Counted from the stretch's first letter, positions 38,602 to 53,183 are shown. The stretch: DNA of 64,000 nt from Octopus vulgaris (GCA_951406725.2 OX597820.1:47740001-47804000), one strand, 5' to 3'. The notes: generated by a model from the sequence alone, not told the origin. Translations and numbers: made by a program.

Positions 38602-38784
38602 TTAACAGCTCCATATATTGAAATAATTACAACGCCAGTTACGTCAGTAGCATCGACAACAACGAAAGATTAATTACGATAACAACAATAACGAATGAAT
38701 AAGAACGAGAAGCAGTGAAAAAAGGTCGGAACAGAAAAATAGAACAAAAGTCGACAAGTAACAATATCAATTATGAAACGCAAT

Positions 38785-39215
38785 AATTCTTTTTACTTTA
38801 GGAACAAAGCCTGGAATCTGGGGCAATAGTTAGTCAATTACATCGACTCCAATGCTCAACTTGTACATATTTTATCGATTTCGAAAGGATAAAAGGCAAA
38901 GTCGATCTCGACGGTATTTGAACTCAGACCGTAAGACTAGGAAAAATGCCGCAGTGCATTTTGTCCGATGTGCTAACAATTCTGCCAGCTCTCCACCTTA
39001 AATGGGTTCAAATTTTAATATAAGGCCAGCAATCTTTAAATAACTGGGTAAAGTCGATTACATCGACCCTATTACTCAATTGGTACTTTTTTATCGACCC
39101 CGCAAAGATAAAAGGTAAATTCGACTTTGGTGGAATTTGAATTCAGATCTTAAAGAGCTGGAAGAAATGCCGTTAAGCCTTTTGTCAGACGTGCTAACGA
39201 TTCTGTCAGCTTTAA
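38785..39215 (-). mobile_element. Two older SINE-B copies
   Basis: Degenerate core and head motifs. Confidence 0.75.
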
Positions 39216-39364
39216 CGACAAAGCTCAATAATACCAAAAGTAAATGATGGAAATGACTCTTTCTAGATGACGTCATATGCAAACAAACATAAATTTGTTT
39301 TGAAGCGTTGAAATGTATGATATCTTTTTTCAACACGTAAATACTGAACAGTATATATAAAAGA

Positions 39365-39426
39365 TAAAATCCTATTAAAAACAGAAAAATTTGCCGGCAA
39401 ATTTTTCTGCTTTTAAAAGGATTTTA
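39365..39426. repeat. 62-bp near-perfect palindrome
   Basis: 31-bp arms with 2 mismatches, centred on gcc|ggc. Confidence 0.9.
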
Positions 39427-39629
39427 ATTATATCTTTCTAATTCTTTCTAGGTACAGGGTTTGAAATTTTGTAAGGAGTTATTAGTCAATTTAATCGAGC
39501 ACAGTATTTAAATGTTTTGTTTTATCGATTCTCGGAAAGACAAAGGTATAGTTGTCCTCGGACAGATGTGAACTCAGAACTTATAGAGTTAGAACAAATG
39601 CTGAAAGGTAACGATTCTGCAGATGGAAA

Positions 39630-40029
39630 TAATTCATTTTACTATAGGCACAAGGCATGAAATTTTGGGGAGGGAGATAATCGATTACATCGACCCCAGC
39701 GTTTTAGTGGTACTTAATTTATCGACCCCGAAAGGATGAAATGCAAAGTCAACCTCAGTGGAATTTGAATTCAGAACGTAGCGACGTGCGAAATACCTAT
39801 TTCTTTACTGCCCACAAGGGGCTACACACAGAGGGGACAAACAAGGACAGACAAAAGGATTAAGTCAATTATATCGACCCCAGTGCGTAACTGGTACTTA
39901 TTTAATCGACCCCGAAAGGATGAAAGGCAAAGTCGACCTCGGCGGAATTTGAACTCAGAACGTAGCGGCAAAGGAAATACCGCTAAGCATTCCTTCCTGT
40001 GCGCTAATGTTTCTGCCAGCTCACCGCCT
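39630..40029 (-). mobile_element. SINE family B dimer (young-tail unit + old-tail unit)
   Basis: Junction gaaatac/ctatttc at ~39797. Confidence 0.88.
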
Positions 40030-41344
40030 TCTACATATGTAAATAATGAACGATAACAGCACAAACATGAGCCAAAATCATCATCACCATTATAATCACC
40101 ATCATCATAAGCTGTAATACGTCAAGACATATATATTAGAACAAACCAGAGTGGTTGCAGCTACTTTGTCTTTTCGCATAAAAAGCAAAAATTCCCCTCA
40201 AAACTAAATTTTTTAAGGGAAGGTATAATGTACAATATAGTCCTAGATGCACTATACTTGAAAATAAGTTAGGATTGGTTATGAATGGAATGATTGCTTT
40301 TCCAATTGGCCTTCTCCTTCTGGTTTGACTTAGGCAAACCAACAAATTCAACTTTAGAGTCCAAAAATGTAGCATGTATTTGATCGCTCGTTTGAGCTGC
40401 TTGATATAAAACTCAGTCAATTCTGTAATTTCCAAAACATGGTTGATACTTTATTTTATCAACCTCGAAAAGTTAAAAGGCAGAGTTCACCTCGGCGGGA
40501 TTTTAAATCAGAGCGTAGATAGCCGGAGGAACGCTCACAAAGCATTTTGTCCAACACTCTAACGTCTCTGCTAGTTATCTTGCCTCAGTAATACTCAATA
40601 TTGAAAAAAAAACACTAAATTACCTTCGAAGTTGCTACCGCTGTTTACATAAATACGCAGAAAATCATTTATAATGTGAGGGCGCTTGGCCAAATGGTAA
40701 AGATGCTGCACTCACGATCTGACGATCGTGGTTTCGATTTCCAGACCGGCGGAGTTTGGGTACATGAGCAAAAATAATTCATTTCATGTTCCTCCACTTA
40801 ATTGCAAATGGGTAACTTCACGATGGACTGGGTTTCCGTTTGATGGGGATATTGACCAGTCTGCTTACCCTGCGAGGTGGCATCATTCGAAAGCTATTGT
40901 AATGCGAGTATAAAAACATCTGATAGTCTGGTAGATACAGTGACACAGTGACATTTATAGCTCGCTGCAGTACCTATAAAACACCGGGCTAAAATTCACT
41001 ATCTTCGTTATTCAGTTTGCTAACAGACGTGCAAAAAGCAAGCAACCTAATCTCCCTCAGATCACATGATATAGCTCTGGTTTCTCTGTACGTAAGAAAA
41101 AGAAAATGACTCACATCTGGAATGCTTTTGTTCAAAGTGGGTTCAATATCAGAAAAGAGAAGTGTCCCATCTATCACCAAATGCCGGAGATCACTACTAA
41201 GGTGTCAGCAACCAGATCTGCAAATCTCGGATAGGTCTGAACTACTTCCATATGCGGCGATACATCAAAACATCGAACTACAAACATTTGTATACCTGTG
41301 TCTTGCTTCAGCTCTCATTCGTCGAACAGTCCAACACGTATCTG

Positions 41345-41404
<60 letters not shown>

Positions 41405-42214
41405 CGTGCGTGTACGTGTGTGTCTGCGTGTACGTGTGTTGGATGTGGTATAAGATTATGTTGTGACGATAGTGTACGCCAACTGGTGTGTCACATCGAC
41501 CATCGACAAATATAGTCGGAGCTGCCACAGTTGGGCAGGAATTTGGACTCTATTCTACTATGCTGGTTCATTGCATGTTGGTATTGATCAACTGTCACTG
41601 ATATCGACCCCAGCATTTGAGTGGTACTTGATGTTTTCAAGTAAATCTCAAGTACTGAGGTAGATGGTTCGACTCCGGAAGAATGAAAAGCAAAGTCGAT
41701 ATCGGCGCGATTTGAACTTAAAAATGTAGAGAAGTGAAACAAATAATGCAAGTAATTATAACCATCATTCTAACGATTCTGCCATTTGACACATCCTAAG
41801 AGATTAAAGAGCAACAGCAAAAAAAAAAAAACACAAAAAACAGGAACATCAAAAACAAATTTCTCATTAATTACAACAACGATGCTAAAAATAACAGCAT
41901 CATCACCAGCAACAACAATAGTAGCGACAACTGTGACAACAACAACAACAACCACAATGAATTTAATATGCGTCGACAACAACAAATATAAAATTAAATA
42001 TAACACCATCTATAACAAAAAATATCAGCTCAACAGCAGCAGCAGCGCAGCGACGTTAACAACAAGAGCAGAACCATGAACTACAATAACATTTTAGTAA
42101 TAAAAACAAAGGAAGAAAACAAAGACGTCGGCAGCAATTAAATTGCATAATTGATGAATTATGCTTTCTTTTATATTCTAATTTGAATTCCGCCGAGCGA
42201 TATTTTTGAACGGG

Positions 42215-42437
42215 TTCATGTTAGTACGTTTGATAAACAAAGCTCGCTTTGCAATCACACACTTTCGAGTTCAGTCCCACTGCGCGGCACCTTGGGTAAG
42301 TGTCTTCTAGTGTACCATTCTATTATACTTGCACTATAGCTAATGACTTGCGAGTGAACTTGGTTGAGAGACTTTTTGGAAACCAGTCATGCGCGCGTGT
42401 TCGTATATATACATACATACATACATATATGTGTATA

Positions 42438-42513
<76 letters not shown>

Positions 42514-42720
42514 CACACATATGTGCACATATGTATGTGTGTATCTTTCTATGTGTTTGTCACATACCCACCGCATGACATCTGGTTGTGGTTTGTTTAC
42601 GTCTGAGTAACTCAGCAATTCTGCTAATGAGATCTATAGTTCTGAAGTCGATTTGTTCGATTAGACTTCTCAAAGCGATGTCCGTGTACGGTCGCAGTTC
42701 AATGACAGAAATAAGTAAAA
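42215..42720 (+). mobile_element. SINE family A, degenerate
   Basis: gagttcagtcccactgcgcggcaccttgggtaagtgtcttcta, internal (TA)n, tail remnant. Confidence 0.72.
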
Positions 42721-43170
42721 GGTACGAGGTACATATTCGCCATTTGTGAAGGTATGAAACTTAGTAGTTAGCATGTTAAGCTGACGTACATAAAACTGCG
42801 GCTTTAAACCTTGGCCCGTGTTTAAACCTTGCACCTTTCAACAAAGCACTAAGCTGAAAATCAGTATGGCGATGACCACTTTTTCTCATAACAAGCTATC
42901 ACATCCTCAATGGTAGATCAAGTGTGTGGACGTTATGTTTGCTCCCAATTGCATAGACTTCTAAAAAAGAAAAAAAAACAACAAATTGTGAAGCATGCTA
43001 TGAAGTCAGATTTGCCACTGATGGCGGCAATGAAAATTTATTTTGCGTTTCAGGTCCTAAATTGGCAGAGTCGTTAGATGACAGAATAAAATATTTCACA
43101 GAATAAGTTCTGAATTCGAATTCCATCAACGTGAACTTTGGTTTTTCTCCATATGTGCTGTGGATTGGTG

Positions 43171-43554
43171 TGGAGGCGCAATGGCCCAGTGGTTAGGGCA
43201 GCGGACTCGCGGTCATAGGATCGCGGTTTCGATTCCCAGACTGGGCGTTGTGAGTGTTTATTGAGTGAAAACACCTAAAGCTCCACGAGGCTCCGGCAGG
43301 GGATGGTGGTGATCCCTGCTGTACTCTTTCACCACAACTTTCTCTCACTCTTACTTCCTGTTTCTGTTGTACCTGTATTTCAAAGGGCCGGCCTTGTCAC
43401 TCTCTGTGTCACGCTGAATATACCCGAGAACTACGTTAAGGGTACACGTGTCTGTGGAGTGCTCAGCCACTTACACGTTAATTTCACGAGCAGGCTCTTC
43501 CGTTGATTCGGATCAACCGGAACCCTCGTCGTCGTAACCGACAGAGTGCTTCCA
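43171..43554 (+). mobile_element. SINE family C, full length, tRNA(Arg)-like head, with TSD
   Basis: A box tggcccagtgg, B box ggtttcgattccc; flanked by tgtggattggtg at 43159-43170 and 43555-43566. Confidence 0.95.
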
Positions 43555-44612
43555 TGTGGATTGGTGGAATTGTATTAACGTCGGACTGGATATATTGTAG
43601 CATTCATTATGGATCTTTGCGTTCTGAGTTCAAAATCCACCCGTAGTCTGTGGGATTGGTAGCCTTAACTCATCGCGTGGAAGACATATTAGCCGTTCAA
43701 CTGTCCAAGTTGCAGTAAGTGGGACAAAAGATTTGTCACCAAATAATAAAAGTTTAAGTGAAATTATGAGGTTTGGTATTTTTGTTCCAGTAGCTAATAT
43801 GTTCTTCACGTTATAATGGTTCAATAGATACTTTTTTTTTTTTTAGATAATCTTCAATGTGTTCAATATTATGAAATTAAATAACAAAGGGGTGGGGTGA
43901 GAGTAAAAGTCCTTACCGAACCATAGGCTCATAAAATCACTTCTATGGTGACGGGACGCCAGACTGTTGCAAGAATACTCATTTTTGCCAGCTGAGTGGG
44001 ATGGGGTTGTTTTGCTCAAGACCACAACTCTTTGCCAAATTCAGGAATCGAACCAACAATCTTACGATCATGAGTTCAAACCTCCTATATTATACTAAGC
44101 CAGGCTCTATTACATAGAATTAACTAGCCAGAAATAATCTATAAGCTACAGATCTTCAATTTAATATATTTTGGAATATTACACTTCGTGTCCAATATGC
44201 TTTTGTCTCAATCCTACGGATTCATCAGGTGAGTTTTAGCCAGATTTTCCAAGATTATAGGCTGTAAATACAAGAATCCCCGCTGACAGAAAACCAATCT
44301 GAAAGAGAGTTAACCTCCAAAATACAGTTGTCGTTGGTACCATTTTCTTGTTTTGCAGCTGATTGTACTAGTCCAACAGGAAATGAAGTGCCAGAGTCAA
44401 AGACAAGACACAAGGCCTAGGTAGAATCGAACCCACCACCAAACGAACACGAGCACAACAGCTATGCCTTTTCTGAAATTTCAGGGAGTTTATGCTTAAA
44501 CTAAAGTCAGGTTAAAAAAACGAAGCACAACAAATTTCAAACAAAAACAGAATTTGAATTCAAGGCCACACGTTCTTCAGATCCCTAATTTGCTAATGAT
44601 TATGTATATTTT

Positions 44613-44716
<104 letters not shown>

Positions 44717-44791
44717 GCAAACACACACATGCACGCACATACACACACACAAGCCAAGCACACATACGCATATGTTATATATATGTATATA

Positions 44792-44864
<73 letters not shown>

Positions 44865-45413
44865 ATTTGCGCGTGTGAGAGACAAACTGAGAGCGAGAGC
44901 GAAAGAAACTGAGAACGAAGGCAAGAGAAGGAGAGAAGAAGAGAAAGAGACAGAGAGAGAGAGAGAGAGAGAGGAGGGAGAGAGAGGTAGAGGGAGAGAG
45001 AGAGAGAGAGAGAGAGAAGGAGACGTATGTATGCTTCAGAATTTAATGTAATAATTTCTTTTGCGCTGTGTCTTTCAGTTCAAGCATATTGCATTATGAA
45101 ACATTGTGTGTTTCTATAAATAACGTATGTTCGTGACAAATTCACAGGAAGATGCATTGCAGAATGCATGTATGTATATATACATTTATATAATATTATA
45201 TATATATGCATGTATCTGCATGTATATTTGCATATTTATATGTATATTTATATATATATATTTATATGTATCTAAATTAGTATAGGCGTATATTTATATG
45301 TGTGTGTATATGCATGTACATGCATTCGTCAATATGCGCATATAGATGTGCATGTATGTATGTATGTATGAAGCATCTTAAAGGGAATATTTCTAATAAT
45401 CTATCTATGCCTG

Positions 45414-45503
<90 letters not shown>

Positions 45504-45616
45504 CACACACGCAAACACACACACACGCACACACACACACATATAAGTGCTAATATACATTTTTGGGAAATACATATGTGTTTATGTGTATATATATAAA
45601 CATATGTATATGTATG

Positions 45617-45658
<42 letters not shown>

Positions 45659-45716
45659 AATATATATAAATATATCATTAGAATTATTTTGGGACAAAAC
45701 GAAAATATACCAAACC

Positions 45717-45944
<228 letters not shown>

Positions 45945-46093
45945 TAATATTATTTACAGTAATGATAATAATTATATTATATTTTTTCTCATTCTAGATC
46001 TAAGAATGGAAAACATGACGACATGGCTCCGTGTTGTACATGCAATAACCTACTACTCCTGAGAAGAATAAGGGTTCACGGGAAAATAAGACG

Positions 46094-46157
<64 letters not shown>

Positions 46158-46532
46158 TGAGAGAGAGAGTGAGAGAGGGCGAGAGAGAGAGAGGGAGTGA
46201 GAAAAAGGAGAGAAAGAGAGAGGAGGGAGGGAAGGACAGAGAAAGAATGAGAAAGAGAAAGAGATAGAGAGAAATAAAGAGGAACAGATAGAGAGAGATT
46301 CTTTATGCATTCTATAACACACACATACACACACATACACATATATATGCATATATATATACATACATGTGTGTGTGTTTATGTCTAATTATATACACTC
46401 GCACATATAAATATACATATACATAATTACATGCATACACACACGCACACACACACACACATATGTATATATATATGTGTGTGTGTGTGTATATAATATA
46501 TATATAAGTTATATATATATATATACATACAT

Positions 46533-46601
<69 letters not shown>

Positions 46602-46859
46602 TTCCTTAGAGATAGAAACATACGCATGTATGCATTTTTTCATCTATATATGTATGTATTTATGCACAGGGTGATTCGGTAGTCGGTTTCCCATTTCAAA
46701 AAATGTATAAAATCATTATTTTCTTCAAAACTGTGTATAAGGCTTGTCCTTATATATTTTAAAACTTTGTTCGTTTTGTTATATATATAGTATTTCTTAT
46801 ATTATAGAAAACTAACGTTACCAAAATATAAGGTAATATTCGTTGTCCTACAAATAGCG

Positions 46860-47440
46860 CAAAATGCGTGTTGTTACTGGGTAGGGAGAAGGACTTTGTT
46901 GCATGCCCTGTGTGTCCGTGAATTGTGTTAGGTCCTTGTATAATCGCGAGCTACCTTCATTTTACGTTTTTGATTATTGGGTCTGGAGAGTAGTGTAATG
47001 TCTGTGGCCTTCTCTGGCTCTTCGAAACCTGTAACTTTTGTACCGTTGATGATTAAGTTAATTTGTTGCAAGGAAAGACGTCTGAAGGGAGCATGAGATA
47101 TCAATAAATGCTGAGGGTTGAAATACTTTCTAACCCTGAAGATAAAATCCACTCTGTGAGATGCTTTCATAGTTATGTGGAGAGATGGCTTTCTTCACGA
47201 GAGATCTTCAATGATATTAAAGTTTAACATTTGGAATGACCGTGAGGGCCGTTGGTGCAAGCTGCTCAGGGTTTAGGGTTGAGAGGTGGGAAACAATGAT
47301 CTTTACTTCATATATGAATAACAATACTTGTGATTTCTTGCTCTTGAAAAAGACAAAATGAATATAAAGCAAAGTGTCTATGTTTGAAGCAGGGTATAAT
47401 ATATCTTGTTGAAGCATAAAAAAAAAGAGCGAGTTTAGCA
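46860..47440 (-). mobile_element. Highly decayed LINE ORF2 fragment (possible continuation at 49020-49320)
   Basis: Weak peptide resemblance (DLS*RSHL..MKASHRVDFIFRVRKYF) to post-RT regions of CR1/Jockey-group LINEs. Confidence 0.35.
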
Positions 47441-47470
47441 ATAAACGAAAACTTTTAATATTATTAAAAC

Positions 47471-47626
47471 TGGCGGTGTGGTAAGTAGCTTGCTTACGAA
47501 CTACATGGTTCCAGGTTCAGTCCGACTGCGTGACACCTTGGGCAAGCGTCTTCTGCTATAGCCTCGGGCCGCCAAAGCCTTGTGAGTGGATGTAGTAGAC
47601 TAGACGGAAACTGAAAGAAGCCCGTC

Positions 47627-47695
<69 letters not shown>

Positions 47696-47863
47696 TATGT
47701 TTGTCCCCCCAACATCGCTTGACAACCGATGCTGGTGTGTTTGCCATAGAAACCGATATAATAAGTACCAGGCTTACAAAGAATAAGTTCTGGGGTCCAT
47801 TTGCTCGACTAAAGGTGGTGCTCCAGCATGGCCACTGTTAAATGACTGAAACAAGTAAAAGAG
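47471..47863 (+). mobile_element. SINE family A
   Basis: Colinear, with a small internal deletion. Confidence 0.9.
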
Positions 47864-48235
47864 TATCCCATTGTGAGTATTCTCTCCGTAACGAAGGTCA
47901 TACGTAGATTATAGTGGATTACAAATTAGTAGATTACAGTAAATTACAGTCATCTGAAAAAGGAGTCGTTGGTCACATAGTATATGAAATGTAGGCCTTT
48001 TAGGAAGAACCTTTTTATCTTACTGCTGTCAATAAAATAAAGTACCACATTAGTAATACTGGAGTCAATCAACTACTCTCAAAACCTACAACGTGTGGTT
48101 TTGTGGTAAGAAGTTTACTTCCTAACCACATAGTTCCGGGTTCAGTCCGTCTGCGTGGCATTTTGGTCAAGTGACTTCTACTATAACGTTGGGGCATTCT
48201 AAGATTTGTGAAGTAGATTTGGTAGACGGGAAGTG

Positions 48236-48454
48236 AGAAAAAGGAGGCAGTCAGAATTTTGCATAATTCTTTATTAGCGATTTCGTTCGTTAATTGAACT
48301 ATTCAAGTCAAAAATTAAAACCGAAATATAAAAAAAAAAATTAAAACAACAATTAAAACCAAATTGGTTTTAAATTTTGTCTTGAAGAGTTCGGTTAAAC
48401 GACCGAAAGAGCTTATAAAGAATTATCCAAAATTCTGACTGCTTCCTTTTTCTC
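48236..48454. mobile_element. Foldback/MITE-like element with ~87-bp imperfect inverted repeats
   Basis: gagaaaaggaggcagtcagaattttgcataattctttat... versus ...ataaagaattatccaaaattctgactgcttcctttttctc. Confidence 0.7.
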
Positions 48455-48509
48455 AATATAGATAGCTGTACACCACTTCAAATACTATATACAAACATAC
48501 ATATATAAA

Positions 48510-48569
<60 letters not shown>

Positions 48570-48615
48570 TATATGCGCGTGTGCGTGTGTCGTACATACT
48601 GAGAGGGGGAAAGAG

Positions 48616-48651
<36 letters not shown>

Positions 48652-48863
48652 CGAGAGAGAGATTTTGAGTAGCGATGGAATGAATCATCGACTTCGAAGA
48701 CATAAACGTACATTAATACATTAATACACGCATTAATACTTTGTTGGTATATCAACACATGCACGCACGCACGCATACACACACGCATTTACACAATGGA
48801 GAGAGAAGGGAGGAGAGTTTGGCAGATAGATCTATGAACTGAGAGCTATAGATAGACAGACAA

Positions 48864-48937
<74 letters not shown>

Positions 48938-49359
48938 GGGCACATTGATAGAGGTTTAGAAAGCGTCGGATAGCTAGCTAGTAGGATATATTTTATCAAT
49001 AAGAATCAGAGATCGAAGAGTGGAAATTTGAAATTTTGAGGCCTCGTAGCTAGGTGGCGTTGAGGTAGTTTAATATTCCTTTGTTTCAGTTGATGCTTGA
49101 AGAGAAAAACAGGCCAAGGAGTAGTTCCCAGAAGACTGACATTTATGGGGAATAATGATTAGGAATGTGTCTTGTGCAGGTGTTAGCAGTCGGCGGTGAA
49201 ACAGAAGATATGATGTGAGAAGGAAAAGCTTTTGCGTGATTAAAGGAGGTATGTAATTTGCTACTTCACAAGGGTTGAAGCTATTGTGGTTCAGAAGAAA
49301 CGGTGTGTCTGTGAGTCATAGGTATGACGATGTTGTTTAAAATATTTATGTATGTTAAT

Positions 49360-49797
49360 GCGGTGAGCTGGCAGAATCGTTAGCACCCCTGGCAAAATGC
49401 TTAGTGGCATTTTGTCCGTCTTTACGTTCTGAGTTCAAATTCCACCGGGATCGACTTTGCTTTTCATCTTTTCGGAGGTCGATAAAAATAAGTACCAAGT
49501 TGAGCACTGGGGCCGATCTAATTTCCCTCTCCCCGAAATTGCTGACCCCGTGGCAAAATTTGAAATTATTATTATTAACCTTAAGGTGGCGAGCTGGTAG
49601 AATTGGTAGTACACCGGGCTAAATGCTTAGCAGCATTTCGTCCGTCTTCACGTTCTGAGTTCAGATTCTGCCGAGATCGACTCTGCCACTCATCCTTCGG
49701 GGTCGATAAAATGAGTGCCAGTTGAGCACTGTGATCGATCTAATTAACTTATCTCTTTACTAAAATTGATCTCCTTGTACCAAAATTTGAAACCAGT
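49360..49797 (+). mobile_element. Two tandem older SINE-B copies
   Basis: Heads at ~49360 and ~49585, each with B box gagttca(a/g)attc. Confidence 0.82.
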
Positions 49798-51395
49798 ATT
49801 TACGTATGTAGCAAGAACATACTACCGCTTGTAGATGAAACAGAGACACTGGTGTTTCTATCTTTTGCCATGTTTACAGTATCTCATCTCCATGATCTCA
49901 CATCAGGTATTTTATCCCATCCTCCTTTCAAACCCGAAGCCTAACCTACTGGAATTTTCTCGCTGTCCGCAATTTTTCCCTGGCAGACTCATCAGTCAAT
50001 CTCATCACATTTTGAGGGACTGTAAAGGTCACAAATTCTAACCCCATTTCCCTTTTATTTCATTTTCTATTTTTATTATAGTTAACTTTGAAACTTCCAA
50101 AATCAAAACAGAAGATTAATGTAGAAAAATATTGAGAATTAGAAATAAATAATAAATAATAAAGTTGGTAGAATTGGTTTAATTTCCGGATGATTTGATT
50201 TGAAATGTTATCATGTCAAGTAGCGGCAGATAGGTATGGGTATGGGGTTATACAAGTCATCGTGTTAGCAGTATCGGAGAAGGTGGTACATTGGTCGGTG
50301 ATGAGAATAATGGTGTTTGTAGAGGTGTATGTGCTGGTTGTGGTGTATAAGATATTGTGTTTTGTGGTGTAAGTATTGTGATTTGTGGTGTATATATTTT
50401 ATTTTGTGGCGAGGTTTGTAGTCGTGGTGGTTACAGACGTTGTTCAGTGGAGGTGATTGCGGTAGTTCTCGTCTAGTTTAATGGTGATTGTGATGACACG
50501 AGAATTTGGAAGGTACTGGTATTTTTGGTCATTGTGTGACGGTATTATTGATATTGTAAAAGTGCGTGGCTTAGTGGTTAGGGTGTTGTACTCATGATCG
50601 TAAGATTTTGATTTCGATTCCTGGACTGGTTGATGCGTTGAGTTTTGAGCAAAACACTTCATTACACGCTGCTCCAGTCCTCTCAGCCAACAAAAATGAA
50701 TAGTCCTGCAACGGACCGGCGTCCCGACCAGAGGAGGAATATATTTTATGCTACAAAATCCGGGAAATTGGCCTTATGAAACTATGGCTCGGGGAAGATC
50801 TTTGATCCTTTCTTCTGTTTAATTTTTGATCCATGATATTAGCAGGTTGTGGTTGTGGCAGTGACATGTAAACGTAGGGCTAACAGGACCATTCAATAGT
50901 GACAGTGTAATAGCAATGTTAATAGTTGCGTGGGCTTTTTGTGGCTCTAAAGACGATGGTAGAAATGATTGTGATAATGTGGGGCTATAACTGTGTTAAA
51001 TTGTTCGTTTCGCCGAGATAGTATTCTGGCAGTAGTTGCGATGATGATGATGATGGTAGTGGTGGTGATAATGATGATGATGTCGATGATGGTGATGATG
51101 AAAATGACAACGGTATAGTTTTGAGTGAATTGTCCGTCTTGTGATAAGCTTTTGATGACCAGAATGGCGTTGTGTTCTTCAGAGAATATAGTTCAGGACA
51201 TATAGTATTTCTAGATTAAAACATTAGCTGTACTTACATTATATACGAAGTTGTGTGTAAATATTCGATTTGTTAATTATAGAACCCGTACTGCTCTAAG
51301 AAAACACACCATCACCAATTAATTAATGACAAGCTCTTTAAAATATTATGCCTTCAAATGTGGTATAATGACAGATGTTTGAAATTCAAAGGTTT

Positions 51396-51813
51396 AGGAG
51401 TGGCTGTGTGGTAAGTAGCTTGCTTAGCAGCCACATGGTTCCGGGTTCATTCTCACTGCGTGACACTTTGGGCAAGTGTCTTCTGCTATAGCCTCGGGCC
51501 GACCAAAGCCTTTGAGTGGATTTGGTAGACAGAAACTGAAAGAAGCCCGCCGTATATATGTATGTATATGTATGTATGTATGTGTGTGTATATGTTTGCG
51601 TGTCTGTGTTTGTTCCCCCAGCATCGCTTGACAACCGATGGAGGTGTGTTTACGTCCCCGTAACTTAGCGGTTCGGCAAAAGAGACCGATAGACTAAGTA
51701 CTAGGCTTCTAAAGAATAAGTCCCGAGGTCGATTTGCTCGACTAAAGGCGGTGCTCCAGCATGGCTGCAGTCAAATGACTGAAACAAGTAAAAGAGTAAA
51801 AAAGTGAAAGAGA
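51396..51813 (+). mobile_element. SINE family A, full length
   Basis: Colinear with 7712-8128. Confidence 0.92.
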
Positions 51814-52687
51814 GTGGTAACACATCCACCACGAAGTTATATAGAAATTTATCAAATACTGTGATTTCAATCATAGCCACTTCAAAGCTAGACTTGAATA
51901 TTAATCCTTCTGGCTGTCAGTTCTTCCGAAGTTTAGCTCCTTCACAAATACATGTCAAATAAGACCTCAGCGATCTTCACGTGAGTTTTCATTTAGTGTT
52001 AGTTATGTGCAGAAACAAAAAATACTGTTTCCTAGAAGTATATTTGAGGCAAATTCCGCACGTTTTGTAGAGATAAATATAACAAGTTTTGTATGCCAAA
52101 TTTATTGTGTATACGTGGAAACGATAATTATGATTTTTGTTGTTGTTGAGGCGTTGGTTATTATACAGCACAACCACACGTCTGACCGAGTATATCGCTA
52201 TATTTACACGGCAGTATGAAACTACAACTAAATTTCGATGAATGACACGAAGATCAACGCTGGTAATAAGCAAATCGTATTAATTCGAGATAGATCTGTG
52301 TAAACTTATAATGGAATTATAGAGCAAAGAACTGGCCATAATTGAAGATTACGTTAAGAGGTAAATGTCTGTTTCATTCACTGTGTGATACATCTTTATA
52401 AATTGATAACACAATTATATTTAACCGACAAGATTTTATAACTGAAGATTTGTTAAGGCAGAAGGTCTCTTTAACGTTCTATATGAGGTATTCATGTAAA
52501 TCGATGAGAAAATTAAGGTTAACACACCCGATACTTTTATATTCTACCTAAACTAAGTATACAAAGTACTTTCACATAGAAAGGGTAGATGAAACACAGT
52601 ACCAGTAAAGCACTAGGGTTAATATAATAGATTAACCCCTTCAGTCTCTAAATTGCCGTTCTTGCACTAAAATTTGAAACTATTATT

Positions 52688-52896
52688 GGTGAGCAGACAA
52701 AATCTTTAACACGCTAGACAAAATGCTTAGCGGTATTTCGTCCTCTTCCCGGCTCTTTACGTTCTCAGTTCAAATTCCGCAGAGGGTCGTCTTTGTTTTT
52801 CATCCTTTCGGGTTCAATGTAATGAGTACCACTTATGCACTGGGGTTAATGACACCTCCCCTAAAAAATTTAAAGTATTGTGCCTATGGAAGAAAG
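52688..52896 (+). mobile_element. Older SINE-B copy
   Basis: aaatgcttagcggtatttcgtc...ttcatcctttcggg core. Confidence 0.72.
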
Positions 52897-53183
52897 TATT
52901 ATTATTATTATCATCATTCAGTAGTTTTATTTTTATAGCGTGCTTTCACTTCACTACCGAGCGCAGCTCTGTGTGCCTTGGGTATGTGCTGTGATTTGTT
53001 CTGATGCTCTGATGGTTATTGTATGGAAAGTGTTCTGCGTAGGATGTGTGCAGTGCCTAGTAGTGCAATTTTCTGTATGTTATATGTGTTTGTAAGTCCT
53101 GGTGTTTTTGTTATGTATTTGTCTGAATATTTTTTATCATGCCTAATGCACCTACTATGATAGGAATTGTTTCTGTTTTCAGA
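52897..53183 (-). mobile_element. R4/Dong-like non-LTR retrotransposon 3' end embedded in (TAA)n
   Basis: Minus strand LKTETIPIIVGALGM...IQKIALLGTAHILRRTLSIQ*; TAA repeats on both sides. Confidence 0.82.

Noticed and set aside
43171-43250. tRNA-Arg-like sequence as a tRNA gene
   Set aside because: No proper acceptor stem; it is the head of a multi-copy SINE with a TSD.
44190-44235. Minus-strand ctgatga-atcc(gta)ggat-tgagac hammerhead-like motif
   Set aside because: GAAA is mutated and stems I and III cannot form.
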